A stretch of DNA of 64,000 nucleotides. Origin: an uncultured Fibrobacterota bacterium (lineage in GTDB: Bacteria > Fibrobacterota > Chitinivibrionia > Chitinivibrionales > FEN-1185). The stretch lies in the NCBI GenBank assembly GCA_963729895.1, contig CAVSQB010000009.1, positions 96,001 through 160,000 of the forward strand, given 5' to 3'. The position numbers and the translations under genes are program-made. The notes beneath the pieces are model-generated. The model saw only the letters and a program-made list of their open reading frames with translations, did no database searches and was not told the DNA's origin. Shown piece after piece: positions 60,646 to 64,000 of this stretch (its first letter is position 1; each line of letters starts with the position of its first letter).

Positions 60646-60734
60646 CCCCCTCTCCCATAGGGAGAGGGGGATTGGAAGACAAACAGGGAAGCAATTGATC
60701 CGACTATAGACTGCCTCGCTGCGCTCGCAATGAC
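60646..60734. repeat. Two REP/RPE-like palindromic elements
   Basis: ccccctctccc-ata-gggagaggggg hairpin (60646-60670) and gactgcctcgctgcgctcgcaatgac (60709-60734). Confidence 0.6.
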
Positions 60735-60754
60735 ATCTACAATTCGCATTATTC

Positions 60755-61525
60755 TTACAATCTTGATATCGAAAATCCCCCATCCACATTCACCACCTGC
60801 CCTGTCGAATACCCGATGTCTCCACGAGCCATCATAGCTGCCGTCTTTGCAATATCCTCGGGCAGGCCCCAGCGTTTCTGCAGGAGAATGCCCTCGGCAA
60901 TGAGTTTGTCGTATCTCTCCTTTACAACAGAAGTCATATCAGTCATGATGATGCCGGGCCTTATTTCGTACACGGGAATCTCCACCTGGGCAAGGCGTAC
61001 GGCCCAGAGTTTTGTCGCCATGCTGACGCCTGCCTTGGAAATGCAGTACTCGCCCCTGCTGATGGATGCGGTTTCCGCGGATGTCGATGAAATGTTGATG
61101 ATGCACCCGCTCCACGAAAGGTTGCGGTTCTTCTGCTCTATGAGGTACCGCGCAACAAGCTGCGTCAGAAAATACGGGCCCTGCAGGTTTATTTTCATTA
61201 CGCGCTCGTAGCTCTCCTCGGATGCGTCCAAAATATCGGTGCGGACCTTGGGAGCAACGCCTGCGTTGTTGACAAGAACGTTAAGGCCGCCAAGGGTCGT
61301 TTTCACCGCGTCAAGTGCAGCCTGCCGGTCTGCCGGGTTACTCACGTCGCCTTTGCAATACAGCACCTTTGCACCCAAATCTTCGAGCGCATCCATGTTT
61401 TGGGCCACATCGTCCTGCAAAAGCACGTCGAACACAGCCACGTCGTATCCTTCTTTTGCGAACTGCTGCGCAATGGCATATCCGATGCCGCGCCCTGCAC
61501 CCGTAACCATGGCCGTTTTCTTCAT
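60755..61525 (-). CDS. Short-chain dehydrogenase/reductase (the subfamily usually labelled 3-ketoacyl-ACP reductase)
   Basis: TGAGRGIG, NNAGVAP.VR.D, NL.GPYFLTQ, YCISKAG, EIRPGII.TDMT. Confidence 0.88.
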   Translation of the reverse strand: MKKTAMVTGAGRGIGYAIAQQFAKEGYDVAVFDVLLQDDVAQNMDALEDLGAKVLYCKGDVSNPADRQAALDAVKTTLGGLNVLVNNAGVAPKVRTDILDASEESYERVMKINLQGPYFLTQLVARYLIEQKNRNLSWSGCIINISSTSAETASISRGEYCISKAGVSMATKLWAVRLAQVEIPVYEIRPGIIMTDMTSVVKERYDKLIAEGILLQKRWGLPEDIAKTAAMMARGDIGYSTGQVVNVDGGFSISRL

Positions 61526-64000
61526 GAGGGTCCCTTTCCTGTTCTCAAATAATCATCAATGCTTTCCGCCGCCTTCATGCCTTCTGCCACGGCCTTCACT
61601 GCGGTTTCGCCCCCGTTTGTGCAATCACCGGCCGCATACACGCCATCCGCATCTGTCGCAAACGTCGCGGGGTCCGCAACAATCAATCCTTCCGCGGAGA
61701 CCCGGACCGGGCCGAGCGACCCTGCCACCGAACTCGCAAGCCTCTGGCCGGTCGCCTCTACAACCATGTCAACGCCGAGAACGCTCCGGGTTTCCGCTAC
61801 GACCTCGGGCCGGCGCCTGCCCGACGCATCGGGCTCGCCAAGCCTGGTCCGGACGATGTTGATTCCCGTGAGCTTTCCTTTGTCAAATACGTAGCCCGAC
61901 GGCTGTGTGAGGATCATGAGGTGTACGTCCGCGTCAAGCAGTCCGTCGCGCTCGCTCTTCCACGCAGGCATCTGGCCGAACGACCGGCGGTATATAAGGT
62001 ACACGTCGCGCACGCCCCGTTTCTTCGCGGATATCGCTGCGTCTATGGCGGTGTTCCCGCCGCCGATCACCGCGAGGGTGTCGGGCAACGGGGGCAAAGA
62101 CCCCTTTTTAGCCTGCGACAGGAACGTCAGCGCGTCCGTTACGCCGCTTCCTCCTGCCGACGATTGGAGCCCCGGCGCGAATACAAGCGCATCGTGCCTG
62201 GCCCGGAGATCTTGGAACTTTGAATCTCTTCCGAACTCGTGATTGCAAACAACCGTGCAGCGTTTTCGGTCTATGGCGGGCTTCAGAATGGCGTCCACCT
62301 CTTCGGCCGCATCGCCGTAACGAAACAGCGGGATGATTCCGGACGGCGTTCCGCCGAGCGATGCGCTCTTTTCGTATAGGGTGACCGAGTGGCCCATTTC
62401 AATGAGACGGATGGCGCAGGAAACGCCCGCAGGCCCGCCGCCAACGATGCCGATTGACTTTCCTGAATGCCGATCGGGCACAGCCACGCCCGTTATTCCC
62501 TGCAGCCGCGCAGAGCGCGCAGTGACGAGCTGGATATCCGCAACGGAAATCGGGTTTAGACAGAAGATCTTTTCGAGACAGCCGCCCTCGCATTGCACCT
62601 CAACCGGGCACACTTGCGCGCACATTTCCGGAAGCGCATTCGATTTCCGCAGGATGCGGTATGCTTCCTTGATATCGTTCCGGGAAAAAGCCTTGATGAA
62701 TCCCGGAACGTCAACGTGCGCCGGACAGGCCCGGCCGCAGGTGGGCTCGGCACAGTCACGGCATCGCTGTGCCTCGGACAGCAGGCGGTCGGGAGAATAA
62801 CGCCGGGCATGCCTGTATTCCGGACCGTAAATTTCCTTGTCGCGTATAACGCACCCGGTCCGACCTCCGTCGCGCATGATCTGCGTACATGCCGAACAGG
62901 TGATGCAGCATTTGGCCGGGTCCATAGCACCTTTGTTGAGAATGTCGTTAACGGAATCCGGGTACGCAAACATTCCCCTGCCCTGACCGATGAGCGTTGC
63001 GCTGCCTTCCCGAACGAGTGCCGCCGCGACATGCGGCATGAATTGCCGCAGCCATCCAAGCCCGGATCCCACAACCGGCAGCTTGGGATATTTCTTCTGA
63101 ATGGCAGCGTACACCTCCACAAACCGGACCAGCCCGAACAGCGGATGCTCATCAGGAACATCAATTCCATGAATGGGAGAATCGTAGGGTCTACCTACAT
63201 GCGGATTGAAATAGGGGTTCCCTATTGAAATATTGAGGACCGAAATGCCGATCTTTTCGAGCAGCCCCACAAGCTGCAGCGGTTCGGAAAGATCGGGCTT
63301 CAGGAAGTCGCTTTTATCAACTCCCCAGCCATAGGGATGTCGGTACGCGTCAAAGGCGTTGAGACGCGTTGAGACAAATACTTGCGGCACCTCCTGCGAT
63401 ATTCTGGCAAGCGTCTCACGAAGCATTCGCGTTCTGTTTTCAAATGAACCGCCGTATTTGCCTGTCCGCGTGTGGGAAGCCAGAATTTCCGAGAGAAGAT
63501 AGCCGTGGCAGCTCTTGACGTCAATGCCGTCAAAACCTGCCTCGGCCGCCATTGCGGCCGCCGTTACATACCGGTCCTGGAGCCGGTCCAGGTAATCGTC
63601 GGTGACGACGGGGTAGTCCGCGCCCAGGTTGTTGCGCGGGTCAAGGACCGCGCTATGCTGCGCGATGATCGGCGCGGGAACTCCGGTCGGCTTGCTGTAC
63701 CGCCCGGAATGGGTAAGCTGGATCACCATCACCACGTCGCGGCCGCACTCGCGCCGAGCCGCTTCCTTGACTTCAGCGACAAGCCGTTTGTACTCGTCTG
63801 CGTTCTCTTTGTGGAGAAACAGCTGGCGCGGGTTGGATCTGGCCTCCCCGACAACTGCGGTTGCCTCGAACCAGATGAGCCCAACCCCGCCGCGTGCATA
63901 CCGGAGGTAGCGTCTGAAGGTAAGTTCCTGCGGAGTCCCCTCTGTGGTGGCGTCAAACCCTTCCATGGGCTGTGCCACCAAACGGTTGGGAACCGAGAAC
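61522..64000 (-). CDS. OYE-like flavin oxidoreductase fused to a GltD/PreT-like Fe-S flavoprotein domain; 5' end lies outside the window
   Basis: Frame open to the window edge (SVPNRLVAQPMEG); QLTHSGR, DVKSCHGYL, YGGSFENR, C..C..C...C; then C..C....C...CP, C..VCP....CE..C, GGGPAG, GGGNTA.D, AAGD. Confidence 0.88.
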   Translation of the reverse strand, partial: FSVPNRLVAQPMEGFDATTEGTPQELTFRRYLRYARGGVGLIWFEATAVVGEARSNPRQLFLHKENADEYKRLVAEVKEAARRECGRDVVMVIQLTHSGRYSKPTGVPAPIIAQHSAVLDPRNNLGADYPVVTDDYLDRLQDRYVTAAAMAAEAGFDGIDVKSCHGYLLSEILASHTRTGKYGGSFENRTRMLRETLARISQEVPQVFVSTRLNAFDAYRHPYGWGVDKSDFLKPDLSEPLQLVGLLEKIGISVLNISIGNPYFNPHVGRPYDSPIHGIDVPDEHPLFGLVRFVEVYAAIQKKYPKLPVVGSGLGWLRQFMPHVAAALVREGSATLIGQGRGMFAYPDSVNDILNKGAMDPAKCCITCSACTQIMRDGGRTGCVIRDKEIYGPEYRHARRYSPDRLLSEAQRCRDCAEPTCGRACPAHVDVPGFIKAFSRNDIKEAYRILRKSNALPEMCAQVCPVEVQCEGGCLEKIFCLNPISVADIQLVTARSARLQGITGVAVPDRHSGKSIGIVGGGPAGVSCAIRLIEMGHSVTLYEKSASLGGTPSGIIPLFRYGDAAEEVDAILKPAIDRKRCTVVCNHEFGRDSKFQDLRARHDALVFAPGLQSSAGGSGVTDALTFLSQAKKGSLPPLPDTLAVIGGGNTAIDAAISAKKRGVRDVYLIYRRSFGQMPAWKSERDGLLDADVHLMILTQPSGYVFDKGKLTGINIVRTRLGEPDASGRRRPEVVAETRSVLGVDMVVEATGQRLASSVAGSLGPVRVSAEGLIVADPATFATDADGVYAAGDCTNGGETAVKAVAEGMKAAESIDDYLRTGKGPS

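Noticed and set aside
60572..60694. N-terminal extension of the FAD protein in the ORF track
   Set aside because: It runs through a palindromic repeat; MKIKKL at 60571 is the more plausible start. Similar over-extensions were trimmed for ORFs at 10305, 11278, 23760, 25005, 31922 and 48757
60755..61525. fabG assignment for the SDR
   Set aside because: There are no fatty-acid synthesis neighbours; the context points to sugar-acid metabolism

Overview
GC-rich bacterial chromosomal window with about 50 genes. I saw no rRNA, tRNA, CRISPR array or intact transposase. A TIGR02147-like gene and many secreted proteins with T9SS-like C-terminal tails suggest Fibrobacterota, probably Chitinivibrionia-like (inference). 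1-22 kb is mostly housekeeping: ptsI fragment, tgt, dxs, ispE, dgt, a Bat operon, MBL and HAD hydrolases, and an unusual ParA-TM-LysM-like-M23 fusion. 22-33 kb encodes secreted carbohydrate-binding and surface proteins. 33-50 kb is a one-strand polysaccharide locus with no SusC/SusD: two paralogous putative outer-membrane barrels, two SASA/CE6-like esterases, six tandem BNR-4 propeller proteins with lyase-like His/His/Tyr/Arg residues, and a GH105/GH88-like hydrolase. 50-56 kb is a tightly coupled operon of maturation protease, Tat-exported [NiFe]-hydrogenase, putative beta-barrel, 11-heme cytochrome and 6-heme lipoprotein cytochrome. It looks like a hydrogenase wired to a porin-cytochrome conduit and is the top finding. 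56-64 kb has kdgK and eda preceded by three uncharacterised oxidoreductases, a candidate alternative route from unsaturated uronate to KDG. All calls come from motif recognition by eye; no database searches were run.
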